From the NCBI GenBank assembly GCA_026026165.1, contig JAPEUD010000067.1, positions 1-64,000 of the forward strand: 64,000 nucleotides of DNA, in the 5' to 3' direction. Shown here in pieces: positions 13,156 to 26,367 of the stretch. The notes under the pieces were generated by a model that did no database searches, had not been told where the DNA came from, and saw only the letters and a list, made by a program, of their open reading frames with translations. Position 1 is the first letter of the stretch. Each line of letters begins with the position of its first letter. The DNA comes from Sarea resinae (lineage: Eukaryota). Position numbers and translations under genes: made by a program.

Positions 13156-13678
13156 GGACAATAATATGATGAGAAAAGAAGAAGAGAAGAAGGGGAGGCG
13201 TGAGAGAAGGAAAGGTTTTGTATGTGGCCGCTAAGCGTGTGTTCGGTGTGCACGTGACGGCTGTGTCTTCTGGTACCCGTACAGGTAAACGAGGAAAACA
13301 CGAGAGGCGAGAGCGGACGATTAGATTAGATGAAAGGGCATCAGATCGATCGAGGTGGGGATCATGCCTATCCTCGGCGCCTCGGTTTACTGCCCGTAGG
13401 TACCTCTGAGACCAGCCCAAATACCTGCTACATAAGGTACTCAGAGTATGCCATCACTGCGATCCAACTGCCGAGCAGATCGATCACTCCAGCGCTTTGC
13501 TCGGCCTTCTCTCGCTCTCCACATTCCCTCCACCGAAGCTATCCTTCCCCACGCCGACAACATCCTCGTCCTCCTACGTTATTAAAGAATTGCTGGTGCA
13601 CCGCTGCTTCCTTCCTTTTCTTTGTCTTTTGGCATTCTTTTTTGGAGATAGAGCGATTTTCTCGGAACGGTGCTCATC

Positions 13679-14718
13679 ATGTCGACTTCATTGAGGATTC
13701 TGGTTCCCGTCAAACGGGTCATTGATTATGCGGTATGCTTCCCCGTCTGTCCTCGTGTTATACTACCTTACCGTGCCCAATGCTTGCCGTCCCAGCACTG
13801 CCAATGCCACCACCACCACCACCTTAAGGATCGAAGGATCCGAAGGGAAAATCCAAAGTCGACATCAGCTAATGTCTGATCTACCTCGCCACAGATCAAG
13901 CCGCGCGTCAACAAAGCCAAAACAGCCGTCGAGACCACGGGCGTCAAGCACAGCATGAACCCCTTCGACGAGCTCTCCATCGAAGAAGCCGTGCGACTGC
14001 GGGAACGCAAACTGCCCGTCGAGGAAATCGTCGCGGTATCGGCGGGGCCGTCCAAGGCGGCCGACATCCTCCGCACCGCCATGGCCATGGGCGCGGACCG
14101 CAGCATCCACATCGAGAACAAGGACGGCGCCGACCTGGAGCCGCTGGGCGTGGCCAAGATGCTGCGCGCGCTCGTCGACAAGGAGAAGTCGAATCTCGTC
14201 ATCCTGGGCAAGCAGGCCATCGACGACGACGCGAACCAGACCGGGCAGATGCTGGCGGGGCTGCTGGACTGGCCGCAGGCGACGCAGGCCAGCAAGGTCG
14301 AGATGGACGGCGACGAGGTCACGGTGACGCGGGAGGTCGACGGCGGCGTGGAGACGTTGCGCGCCAAGCTGCCGATGATCATCACGACGGATCTGCGACT
14401 CAATGAGCCCCGCTACGCGAGCTTGCCGAATATCATGAAGGCCAAGAAAAAGAAGATGGAGAAGATTACGCTGGCGGACCTGGGCGTCGATGCGGGGAAC
14501 AGATTGAAGACGGTCAGGGTTACGGGTGCGTTTTACCTTCCTTCTCTTACCCTTCTCCTCTGCCTCTCATTGTTCTTTCCCGGCTTTCCCTCCCTTCAAG
14601 CGAGTCTTCCATTACTGACGAAATTGAAAATGCAGAACCTGCACCACGGCAAGGCGGGGGCAAGGTCGAGGACGTGGATGGCATGCTGGCCAAACTGAAG
14701 GAGTTGGGTGCTCTCTAA
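13679..14718 (+). CDS. CIR1: Electron transfer flavoprotein beta subunit
   Basis: [69 protein letters not shown]. 2 introns, TAA at 14716-14718. Confidence 0.95.
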
Positions 14719-15043
14719 ATGGAGCCTTGTTTTTCTTGGCCCGTCGTTTGCGTGAGCGATGCATTGATAAAAAAAAGAAATGAGAACATTTTACATATAT
14801 ATATCAGGTGCTCATGGAAGAATTACAACTGTATTATGCTTATTCATTCAGGGTGGGGCTCAATTCGGATCTGGGGAAAAATTGCACGTTTTCAAAGTTT
14901 GGATTATGGAGGAGATCGCTTTTCAAATACCCTAACCTTCCTAAGAAGAATAGCTTTACATTTCACTTCAACTTCACAGATTACTACAGCCTGACTATAT
15001 GTTACAGAACGGAATCCCCCTCCCTATTACGATTTCGTCCACT

Positions 15044-16297
15044 CTAGGGGATCTCGTCAATGCTCTTTACATTGATTTCCTTCTTATCGTTCATCTTCCG
15101 ACGCAAAGCACTGCTTGCAGGGTATACTGTTATTCCGACGTTAGCTTACGCTCCTCGACATGCTGAAACAATCAGTGATAGTCCTACCAACGCGGCGCAG
15201 CCGATTAGCCGACCCCAGAGGCTGCAACGACTTGAGCCCGTGCCAAGGATCCAGTCTCAGGCTGTCCTCCCAGAACACTTTCCGCGCAAATATAAACGAG
15301 TCTTGCTTCGGGACTACGATACGTCCGACGGTCTGCCAGGGGTACTTTTGATCGTCCCACGCCGTACCCACATACTCGACCGGCTGATCCTCGAGGTTCT
15401 CAAGCAACTGCACCTGGAACAGATATTCTGCGTCGTGAGCGCTGTGAAAATTCTGCAGCCACTTGCTCAGGATGTCGGAGCCGTCCTTGGCGGGTTTGAC
15501 GGTCTCCTCGTACAGCTTGCGTTGGGTCTCGGTCGAGGGCGTAAGGCTGTATTTGATGACATAGTCGCCAAATCGGTAGGCCGTCTGGGAGTAAAAGCGG
15601 GTGGACTCCAGATGCGTGTTGCGGACTTGATCGCGGGCTTTCTGCAGCTCGGTATCTTTGCGCGCTTCCAGGTGTTTGTACAGCTCTTCTTTATCGTGGC
15701 CGTATTTGATGCGGAGTTGGATGATCTCTTTGGTCGTCTTGGCGTCGGAGAGTTCGAGGGCGGCAGTGGAGTTGAATTCAATATCTTGGGTTGGAATGCC
15801 TACACCTGCTGGGAACATGTCGCCGGAGACATTGAAGACTTTCAGCGAGAAGCCGCGAGGTTGGGGAATACGGTCCTGAGGTAGTCATGTCAGTTTTCGC
15901 TATTCACATGTTGATTCATTGAACTTGCATCCAGGCCCGGGTCACCGGGCTCGCTGCTATATCTTGCAGCAATGGGGTACTTTCCACCCTTTGCGAACAA
16001 GCTCTGCTTTAGGTGCTTGGGCAGATCGTCTGGTACGATAAGCTCGCCCTTGATGAGGCCCTGCGTTCGAGCATGAGTGCCTACGTGCTCACATTAAATT
16101 GGCCCATTGAATCATCAGAGCGTTGAGAGGTGGTAAGCTATACCTCCATAGGCATGTCTGTGACTGTTGTATTGCATCTTCTGCATCGTGTTGATCAGCT
16201 CGGCCACGGCCTGGATGTCTTCGGCCTCGTTGGGCGGCGGCTTTTCCACGCCGGGAGCGTCCCAATGGATGTAGTTTCTGCTGGCGAGGTCGGCCAT
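15044..16297 (-). CDS. Short catalase-like heme-binding protein (catalase superfamily, not a typical large catalase)
   Basis: THARTQG (distal His), ARYSSEPG, PRGFSLKV, FYSQTAYRFG, LDPWHGL..PLGSANRLRRVVY (RxxxY proximal Tyr). 3 introns. Confidence 0.8.
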
Positions 16298-17493
16298 GGT
16301 GAATCCGAACGGGATGGTTATCAGATAAAGCGTATGTTAGACGCTAATTAGAAGATTGGTCAAGGAGTCAAGCAAAGAGGTAGTCGATGTTGTTAAAGAC
16401 GGATTTCAGAAATAAAAGCGTAGGTTTAATAAGATTTTGCCTGCCAACTTCGTGTCATTAATCATGCAAAGTCTGGAAGCCTGAAGGTTGAGATCGACAT
16501 GGCCACTGAATTGAATGATGACAGCGTGTGGATTCTAGACGGGGCCATTCCGCGAGGGGAAGACGATCAGCCCCTCAGCCCCTACTATAGGTAGGGTGGT
16601 TTGGACGGATGAGGCGGAGGCGATGGCTCCAGCGCTGGTGCACTGGTCATGATGGTAATGATGGCAGACGGGGCACTCGATGACGTCGCGCCTATGAGAG
16701 CGATGGCGTCTCTGTTGTCGAAGATCTGCATCTCCATTGGCCATCGATGGATGGAGTACTGAAGTACAGAGCACTCTACGTATTCGTACCTTACCGAGTA
16801 CTCCGTACTGTGGTCGAGGTCACTCGGAATCTGGAATCAATATTGACAATCGATATTCAGATAGGATCGCGCCAATCACAGTAGACGCATTAGAGCTCCT
16901 GAGGGCTTCCAGCTTTCCCCTGGGGATCAACCTGAAGCCATCAACAGAGAAGAGTGCACAGACTACTGAAGTAAGTGTCCAGCTGGAGGGCAACTCAGCG
17001 GACGCCTCGAGGTACCTACCCAGGGACACATCAGACGACTACTTTAGATGGTAGGGAACGGCGATGAGGCGATGAGGCATTCCACTTCCAATCCCTCATT
17101 CCTTCGATCTTCACATGCTTTGCGTGGGGGATCCAATTCCAGGAGTGCAGGTGGTGCAGACATGCCCTCTCTCTCCTTGGGGGGTTGATCGTCATATCGT
17201 ATCGTACCTTACTCTACCAGCTACCACGATTGCCGTACCTTATCGCCAAGCCTCACGCCGAGGATACACACTCCCAAGTCCCGAATTTGTCGAGGTGAGA
17301 GCTGGAGCTACGGTACTCTCTGGCATGGCCGGCATGGCGGTCGTATTCGTATCCCGCAGTAGAGACACCAATCCGGCTCCAAGAGAGTGGTCGCTATAGC
17401 AGGCAGTGCGATCAGCAAACGCAACCCAGCTTGCGCCCGAGCTCGAGCTCTCTTTCCATTCACTATCATTCTCATAGAGCGGCCGATATCGTC

Positions 17494-19545
17494 ATGTCGG
17501 CGACCGGCGTGTCTGATCCGGTGCAGAATCCTCCAGGTATGCTTCGTCGGCTCTTTTTCTCAGCTGGCCGCATCGGTGCCGCGGCGCTTTTGGCCCGATT
17601 GAGCTCACCCGCTGATGTTCACTTGATCAGGACCGGGTAACAAGGCCAAGAAGAACAAGAAGAAGAAGAACGCCGCCAAGGCAAAGGTCAATGGCGAGGC
17701 AGCAGCGGTTGCTGAGGGCACAAAACCAGGAGATGCAGATGCAGATGCAGATGAAGGAGAAGGCGATGACTTGGAGACGATGGTATGCCAATCAAACTGG
17801 ATTGAGGACCACAATTGCTGATCCAAAGCAAAAGAATGCTCCCTCAAACGGGATTCCCGATGAGACCCCGAATGAAGGAGCCGATACTGCTGAGCCGAAC
17901 ACGTCTTCGAACGGGAAGCCCAACCCAGACCGAGCACATCACAACGTTGAATCCCAGAATACGAAGGACACAAGTTCCTCATCTAATGGATCTCCAGTCG
18001 AAAGCAAGGATGCTACGAGCTCATCAGAAACCGAAAGAAAATTGGAAGCCCTCGCCAAGGACCGCGACGCACTGAGGACAGAAGTCGCAGAATTACGGAA
18101 GGCATTAGAGGGCATACAGGAGAAACATCGCAGCGAAGTTTCGGGTCTTCAAGAGCAGATCGAGGAGGCTCAGGGAGAAAAGGATCACGCAGAGGCTCAA
18201 TATCGGAATCTATTAGGCAAAGTCAACACTATAAAGTCGCAATTGGGAGAGCGGTTGAAAGCGGATGCCGTATGTTCTATAGCTGTGCCGATCTTCTCAG
18301 ACCAGTACTAATCGAAACAGGAGGAGCTTTCCCAAGCCCGGACCCAAATCGAAGAGCTCGAGGACCAAAATCGCAGTCTCAAAGAGAGTAACGACTCATT
18401 AGATGATGAGATCAAGAGACTTGCTGAGGAGGATGAGCGGCGATCGAAGGAGCTATCTAGTCTCCGTAACCGTACGAACTTATCTCAGCAGAACTGGTCG
18501 AAGGAAAGAGACGATTTGATCCAGCGGGAGGCGTTTGCAAAGGAGGAGTTCGAGGCCGCCAAACAGGCCATGCAAGACTGGGAAGTCCTTGCCATGGAAG
18601 AGAGGTCGATTCGAGAGCACCTCGCGGAGCGCTTTTCCGACTTGGAAGAACAGCTTTCGGCTCAGAAGGAAGCGTACGAGAAAGCTGCGGCAGATCGGGA
18701 TAGTCAAAATCTGACCGTAGATGGGCTACAACGTGCTTTACAAGAAATCCAAGAGGGTAAGTGGTGCCGGCAATATCAACTCCCCAGGCACATATTCTAA
18801 GTCTTGTCGCAGCTCGGAAAAAAGAACTGCGAGAACTTGTAGAGAGCACACAGACGCAAGTTGAGGAGTTGCAGAAGGAACTGCAAGTCGTCCAGCAAAA
18901 GGCAGCAGAGTCAGACGCTGCTTTGGAGACTACACGAAAAGATCTTGAGAGAGCTCTGCCATTTGAGAAAGAGGTCAAAGAGAAGAATCTATTGATAGGA
19001 AAGCTGCGTCACGAGGCGGTAATTCTCAATGACCACTTGACCAAGGCTCTCCGATATCTCAAAAAGGGCAAGCCAGAGGACAATATCGACAGGTAGCATC
19101 CATGGACTATTCGTGACGGATTATGCTGACACCACTAGACAAATCGTCACAAATCATTTCCTCCACTTTTTGGCACTTGACAGAGCAGACCCGAAGAAAT
19201 TCGAGGTCTTACAATTAATAGCGGCCTTATTGAACTGGACGGAGGGTACGTCGCTCAAGAAGTATGAGTGCTTGAGCAATCGACTGATCATTGGCAGAAC
19301 AACGAGAGCAAGCTGGCCTTGCGCGACCGGGAGGTCTCAACGCCAATCATCGAGTTCCTCTATCACCATTTCACCGAACGCCCAGCACGCCCGTCTTTTC
19401 AGCAGAGCTCTTTCCCGACAGCGGAAATAATAAAGAGTCATTAGCAGACTTGTGGTCCAACTTCCTGAGACAGGAGGCACAGGAGGGCTCAAAGGGGTCG
19501 CGATCTGCAAGCTCTTCGAGCTCCCAGAAGCCCCCGCTGAGTTGA
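17494..19545 (+). CDS. RUD3: Golgi matrix coiled-coil protein with C-terminal GRAB domain (Rud3/GMAP-like)
   Basis: Long coiled coil, QYRNLLGKVNTIKSQLGERLKADA, KNLLIGKLRHEAVILNDHLTKAL, DNIDR|QIVTNHFLHFL..KKFEVLQLIAALLNW..REQAGL. Confidence 0.85.
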
Positions 19546-20002
19546 AGCTGTTTTAAGACCTCTTTGTAGTATCGCATCTCTTGTCATTTTTTAGGTAGTG
19601 CGTGTAGGGCGCACACTGGCGTCTTTGGCGTTCTAGACATCTTCCTGGGAGCATAGTCATAGCATCAGCTCTTTGCTTCACTTGCGGACAGGAGCCTGTT
19701 CAGACAGAATAGCATATCTTTACATGCGTATGTCAAGTGCCATGCCACTGATGAATCGACACAGCATGGAACAGTTTTTGTGATGATCGAGCGAAATCCG
19801 TACTCTATTTACTTTTTGATGTTGAAACATGTCCGCACTAGTCGGCAATCTGATCTGATCTCGCATCGGCCGCCAACGCCCAGAACGGCCCCAGATGGAA
19901 CATGTAAATCTGACAATTGGGAAGTCCAAGTGCCCCCAACAACAAACCACACACAACTAAGTGAGCAGCTCCACCCGCACGGCCAGCACTCCTCTAGTTT
20001 AC

Positions 20003-21131
20003 ATGCTTCTACTGCGTCGACTTCCCCGTCTCTCATCCTCGAGCCTCAATCGCATCTTCATCCCCCCAACTATCGCCAGATCCTTCGCAATGGCTCCCAC
20101 TGGTAAGACGCCCTCAATTCCAATTCCAATTCCGCTCCCGCAAATGCGCCCCGCACCAGACGTACGCCCGAGAGCACCTTTACTCCAGCCCCCTCACCAC
20201 AAAAGTACTTCATCTCAAATATGAGAATCAATTTGCCTGATGATAAGATCTGCTGAAGGCATCACACAACATGGCTGTGACCGAACTCGACTGACCCAAT
20301 CTCAATGAATGCGCAGACGCCAAACCCCGGCCCATCGTCCTCTCTGGCCCCAGCGGCTGCGGAAAATCCACGATATTGAAAAGATTATTCGCTGCTTATC
20401 CGGACACGTTCGGGTTTTCCATCTCTCGTTCGTCTTTCCTCCCCCAACTCCCGACACCGACTCGCTCGTACTGAATGACCGACTCCCCAGACACGACGCG
20501 CTCGCCCCGCGCCGGCGAACAAGACGGTCGCGAGTACAATTTCGTGACGCGCGAGACTTTCGAGAAATTAATACAAGAGGGCGGCTTCATAGAGCATGCG
20601 CAATTCGGCGGCAATTACTATGGCACGAGCACTAAAGCGGTGGCGGAAGTAGCGGACAGGGGAAGAATCTGTGTGCTAGACATCGAGATGGAGGTACGTG
20701 TGTCTTATTTTCGTCTCTATCCCCTTAGCCTGGTGTTCCACACCTATTGTGCTGGCTGCGGGATCCCTCGTTTTCAGAGCTTCCGCTTCATGTCTCTCGC
20801 TCTCGTACGCTCTCCCTCCTTGTCCGCCGGCTGACAAGACAACACCGCTGCACGCCAGGGTGTCAAGCAAATTGCACGTACCTCGCTACGACCGCGGTTC
20901 CTCTTCCTTGCCCCGCCGTCGCTCGCAGAACTCGAGCGCCGGCTCCGGGCCCGCGGTACGGAGACCGAAGACTCGCTCCAGAAGCGGCTGAAGCAAGCCG
21001 AGGTGGAGATGAAATATGCGTCCGAAGAGGGCTCCGTCCATGAGAAGATTGTCGTCAATGACGATCTGGATACTGCGTATCGGGAGGTGGAGGAGTTTAT
21101 CTTTGGGGGAAAGGACGGTGAGAAGGCGTAA
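20003..21131 (+). CDS. GUK1: Guanylate kinase; in-frame ATGs at 20003 (presequence) and 20090
   Basis: P-loop [66 protein letters not shown]. 3 introns. Confidence 0.93.
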
Positions 21132-21244
21132 GTAGACGCAGAGGTGGAGGGAGGAGAAGCGCCAAGGGGATAGGGGACGCCGATTTGATGCGATACAATT
21201 GGGAGCAGGAAGAAGAAGAAGAATAGTTGTTGCGTTCAGGACTT

Positions 21245-21260
21245 GGGGGGGGGGGGGGGG
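21245..21260. repeat. Poly-G homopolymer (16 nt); a similar G14 run lies at 26796-26809
   Basis: Read directly from the sequence. Confidence 0.9.
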
Positions 21261-22279
21261 CAACAAGACCCGATACCATCAATACAATAGACCGAAGACC
21301 TACCTAGAAAATCAAAGGCATACTCACATACCAGAAATGCACGCATTCCATCTTTGGCAATATCCCTCGTCGGACTCACCTAGGTTGAATGTCTCTCTAT
21401 TCCTCTTTCTACTCCGCTTGCTGGGTTTCCATGGTTATTATCGGACCGTGGCTGCCACAATGAAAAACTTCCCTCACCCACGGTACATTACTTAGCTCTT
21501 ATCAAGATCTCCCCTCCAGGTCAACGATACTGTCTACCTCATGGTCGAAGGAACAAAGAGAGAGAGAGTTACAATCCAGGCCTCTTATCTGCGAGGATCC
21601 CGATCCATTCATCGGATCGGGGTATAAATGACCAGACGACAGAGACCCCCACTGGACACGAAGAAGTTCTCACGGATCCATGTGCGCTTGCACGCTGGCA
21701 GAACACGACGGGATCATAATAGGTAAGGTAGGTAGGTACGGGGCTCGACCACGCTCCAGCCACCTAGTCAATGATACCTCATATATCGAGCAATCTATCT
21801 CCCGGGTTCCATCTCCCGGTTCCCTTTTCGGTCCTTGCTGACATGACAGCCCAAGGAGATACGTGACTGACGTGAAGCTGATAGAAATCGAATCTATCGC
21901 GGTACCGATACTAGACGACAACGACGACAACGGCAACGGCAACGGCAACGGCAGATAGGAGAGTGGACTCTGAGAAAAATCGTAGATTTGGGATTTTTTG
22001 GGGGGGGTGTGTGTGTGTGGAAAAAAAATGAACTAGAGACGAAGACTGACTCCCTCCCTCCTCGAAGCAAAAGGTTTGGTTTGGTAAAAGAACAAAAGAG
22101 AAAGAACATGATTATAGTGTATCGGAGTTTTGAGGGAAAGGTGAGACAAGACAGTTATCGAGGTATATAAAAAATCGAGTGCGCTCCCCAGCCACGGGCT
22201 AAGTCTCCCTTCGCTACTGTTCCACACCCACTAGCTCACTCCCCGCAGCCCCCCTTCTCCCTTCCATCAGACCTGAGGT

Positions 22280-23702
22280 CTAATATCCGTTCATGGTCAC
22301 GCGCTGAGAATTCCGGCTCAATTCTCTGTCAGCCGCGGGGCTGATGGGTCGGCTTCCCGTGTGGCCACCGGCAGCACTGCTCTCCTTCAAAGCGAGCAGT
22401 TGCTTGGCGCGGAAGGTCTCGTAATGGATTTGCGACGTCGTCTCAATGAGGTCTTGCAGATGGGTTCGGGTCAGGAAGTTGCGCAGGTAAACAAACTCGC
22501 AGTGGTTCTCATCCTCGACTATCGTCCATCATTAGTGTTGCCCAGTAAAGCAAAATCCAAGAGTCTTACCATTTATAACGCCCCATCTGTTCTGGCGGCC
22601 TCGAACCTGCTTTCCACCGACGATGATGGACTTCTCGGAACCGACGACGGCGAATGGGATGATGTCCTGGTAAAACGCATTATTAGAGACCTCTTCTGGA
22701 GAAGCGGCCGTGGCTTTGCCCACCTTGATTTGGGCATTCAAGGCCCGCTCCTCCCCGTCCAGCTCATCGTTGTCGTATGGGTACATCTTAAGGTTGTGGA
22801 AGGTAAACTCCTCTTTGATCTACTCCGATTAGTCATTTGCAAAGGTGGTTCAAAACAAGCAAAGGCCGCGCGACTTACCCTCTCCTTGAATGCCATGCGC
22901 TCCTCCAGTGTCAACGAATCAGACTTGGCGATGACAGGAACGACGTTGACGACATCGGAGAGTTTCTTCAAAACAACGATATCAATCGGCTTCAGTCTGC
23001 ACAGCAGTCAGTCCATATCCTAGTCTGTATCGCTTTTAACAACGTACGCGTGTCCAGAAGCTTGGATGAAGAACAAGCAGCAGTGGATGCGGGTATCCTG
23101 AATGTATCGCTCACGCTGAGCGGTGAGCTCTTTTCGCAGGAAAGCAGAGTGTTGGTCCTTGATGTACTTGACGATTGGGTCCCAGCTGAAGAAAGTCAGT
23201 TGGGATGTTTGAAATGGTAGACCACATCGAAGACGTACCATCTGTCGTTGTTCACCTGGTCACCGTATCCGGGGGTGTCGACAATGTTCAATCGTAGCCT
23301 AACACCATTCTCCTCGATTACTGCCCAAGGGCCTCAGTCCTCGTCCAATTTCGAAAGGGATGTCTAACATACTGTGTGAAACAGTCTGGATCTCAGTGGT
23401 GGACCGCACTGGCTCATCTGGAGTCAGACGACCCTTGGAGTCGATTAAATGCGAAGCGAAGATGGTGTTGATCAAGGTAGACTTTCCCAGCCCGGTTTGA
23501 CCTGAACTGGACGTCAGTCGGAGCTCAAAGCCCAGGAGTCAATGCTATGAGATCGATCCATCGTACCGACGCAGATGACGTTGAACTGGAAACCACGCTT
23601 CAAGAGCTTGCGCTCGATCTGGGACGTGATGCTATCGAAACCGACATGGGAGTTCGGGTGCACAGCGGACTGTTGTGGGGGGATGGCATTTGCGGTGGCC
23701 AT
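22280..23702 (-). CDS. CDC10: Septin of the Cdc10/AspD group
   Basis: [56 protein letters not shown]. No C-terminal coiled coil; ends RVTMNGY*. Confidence 0.95.
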
Positions 23703-24274
23703 TGCGATGAGATCGTGCCTCTGTATGTCCGACGAGAAGAGTGGTCTGGCCGGTGCAGAGAAAGGAGATGTGATGATAGACGGACTGATTGACCGATGAG
23801 ACCTGAAGAAGGAGGAGATTCGACTAATTTTGTGTTTTGGACGTGGACGGGGACAAAAGGGGCGAGGGATGCCAGGACCCTTGCGATTACTTTGTTACCG
23901 TTGCGGTTAGTGCCGTGGAGAGAGAAAGTTAAGGTGCGGTACCACGGAGATTCGCGTAGACTTCCTCAAGGAGCGATCTGGTGCCGGTACCTCTGTACTA
24001 GTACTGGACCTCTGTTCCTCTGTCGCTTGTCGCTGGGTCGTACTCCACTACTACTATGCACGAAGTACCACTATGGAAGGTAGGTACCTAGGTATGTACT
24101 TCAGTAGATGAGCGTCAGGACCTGGCCGAGAACTAAATTGTCAAATCGTCAAAGGCAAACGCATCCCGGCGAGAGTCTGAGAGAGAGAGGCGCTGTAGGT
24201 GGAAATGCCTTGCTTGGCCACGATCCTGTCATCAGCCATCGACTGACCATAGATTAGGATCAACTCTGGTCAAA

Positions 24275-24728
24275 ATGGCTGCACTACGGCTATCTTCTTT
24301 CCTCCCGCAGCTGTCCGCAGCGACGCCGTCCATCCGCACACGATCGGCCATCGTCTTCTCCCGCCAGCTCTCGATTCCTCTGTTCCCCTCTCTGTCCATC
24401 GCAATCCCTGCGGCCGTCCAATTGCACCTCCCTTCTCTCATCCCGGGAATATGGGAGTCGATTCTACGAGCGGTGCCGAAAAAGAAGACCTCACACATGA
24501 AGAAGCGGCATCGGCAGATGGCAGGCAAAGCTTTGAAGGACGTTACACATCTCAACAAGTGTTCGGCCTGTGGCAACGTGAAAAGGGCGCATTTGCTATG
24601 TCCATACTGCGTGCAGAGTACGTGGCCGGTTACTGATGAGTTTGGGAGTTCAATGGCACACTAACAGTGTATTTCCAGGCATCAAGGACATGTGGTTAAA
24701 CAAGAGCAAGGAGCCGGTTGAGAAATAG
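24275..24728 (+). CDS. MRPL32: Mitochondrial ribosomal protein bL32m
   Basis: Long presequence followed by [27 protein letters not shown]. One intron. Confidence 0.92.
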
Positions 24729-25099
24729 GTCAGGAGAATATTTGCAGTGCGGCTATTCAAATGTGAGGGGAGAGTGTTGGAGACTGGCTTTGCATTGGTG
24801 ATGGCGTTCTTGTCTTGGCTGTAGATTAGTATGCGGACTGCGCAAGTCATGAAGCGCATGTTCGATGTAGAATTATATCACCGTTCAATCTCTTAAAGAA
24901 TCAATCTAGTCCACATCTGTATTCTTCCTCGTAAGTTGTGCGCAATCATGCCAAAGTTGAAGATCGCTAGGTCGAAGATGACATCAATCATAAGGGTTTG
25001 GAAGTTCCTCCATTTACCACACCACGGAACCTCTGCTCAGACTACAATCACTCGGCATAGTCAAAGGAAAAATTGCAAGCGCACTCTTGGCGGAGAACG

Positions 25100-26367
25100 A
25101 TGGTAATTCCAAGGCTTCATCTCATCAGTGCGAGTAAACGTTGACTCCGCTCAATAGTCAAAGCAATATCTCACAACCCACACGATCGATAACGGTAAGC
25201 CTTTCTTCAGCCAAATCATTGACTGATCTGATTGCCACAACTTACCACAATGCAGCACATATCACCGATGTTTTTACCCTAGCCGTTACGCCAACGCAGA
25301 TTATCTCAGGATCTGGGTCGTCATCACTCAAGGTCCACTCCACCACAGAGCCCGACTATCCGCTTGTCCAGTCACTCGAAGGGGCACACAAGCTTGGCTG
25401 TCATCACGTCGTGACGAGCAAGGATGGGAATAAAGCTGCAAGTGTAGGCTTTGGCGGCGAAGCAAAGGTCTGGCGTATAGATGGAGAAGGATCCGATAGA
25501 AAATGGGTGGAGGAGGGCAAGATCATAGGTCAGCGGTCACCTTATATGGGAAAAGTCGGGAATGCTGATGATGGTGATCTATAGTGGGAAACAAAGCTGG
25601 CGAGCTGTGGGCAATCGCTCTATCCGAGGATGGCCAGTATCTTGCGAGTACGACTTACGATGGACGAATCAATGTATGGGACACGGCGGCGAACAGGGAG
25701 AAAATCAGAGAGTATGAGACTAAAGGAAGCTATGGCACATGCATTGATATGGTATGGACTGTCAAAAACAATTCCAGATAACGAGCTGACAGTCAAAAGT
25801 CTGTGGACGGCAGATTCACAGCATCAGGGCATGAGAACGGCGCAGTCTACATATTCAATAATGATACTGGTCGGATGCTGCATTCTCTTCCCGGTACGAG
25901 ATCTTCTGCCCTTACAGAAGCAACTTGCTGATACCATTAGGCCTTGTCAAGCCTGTGCGGACTGTGGCGTTCTCACCAGGTGGCAAGCTCCTTGCGGCTG
26001 CCGGCGACTCGAGAGTCATTGCACTTTATGATGTCTCTTCTGGTGAACAGGTTGCAAACCTGACAGGACATGCAGCATGGATCTTATCCTTGGACTGGAG
26101 TGATACGGGAGAATATCTTCTCAGCGCGTATGTCTACTGAATTCAATCCTTATCTGTTGGGGGGACTACTGACAAACCTCCAGTGCATTTGACGGCAAAG
26201 CAAAGGTCTGGTCTATCGATCAGCGGGTATGTGTTGCAACTCACACGGAAACCGACAAGACTTTGTGGAGCGCGAAGTGGCTGCCAAAGACTGGGAGGAG
26301 CGAGGCATTTGCTACTGCTGGCGCAAATCGGAGCATCTCCTTCTACAGAGAGGCAACAGGAGGCTGA
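25100..26367 (+). CDS. SKI8: WD40 protein Ski8/Rec14
   Basis: M|SKQYLTTHTIDN|AHITDVF..AHKLGCHHV..LTGHAAWILSLDWS..FYREATGG*. The first coding exon is ATG only. Confidence 0.9.

Noticed and set aside
13400..13450. CTGAGA..ATACC as a TPP riboswitch fragment
   Set aside because: No P4/P5 (TGAT..TAAT..GCG) elements and no thiamine gene context.
15060..15884. 274-aa plus-strand ORF; similar cases at 22361-23023, 30240-31061 and 12232-12834
   Set aside because: Antisense shadows of codon-biased real genes, with no recognisable motifs.
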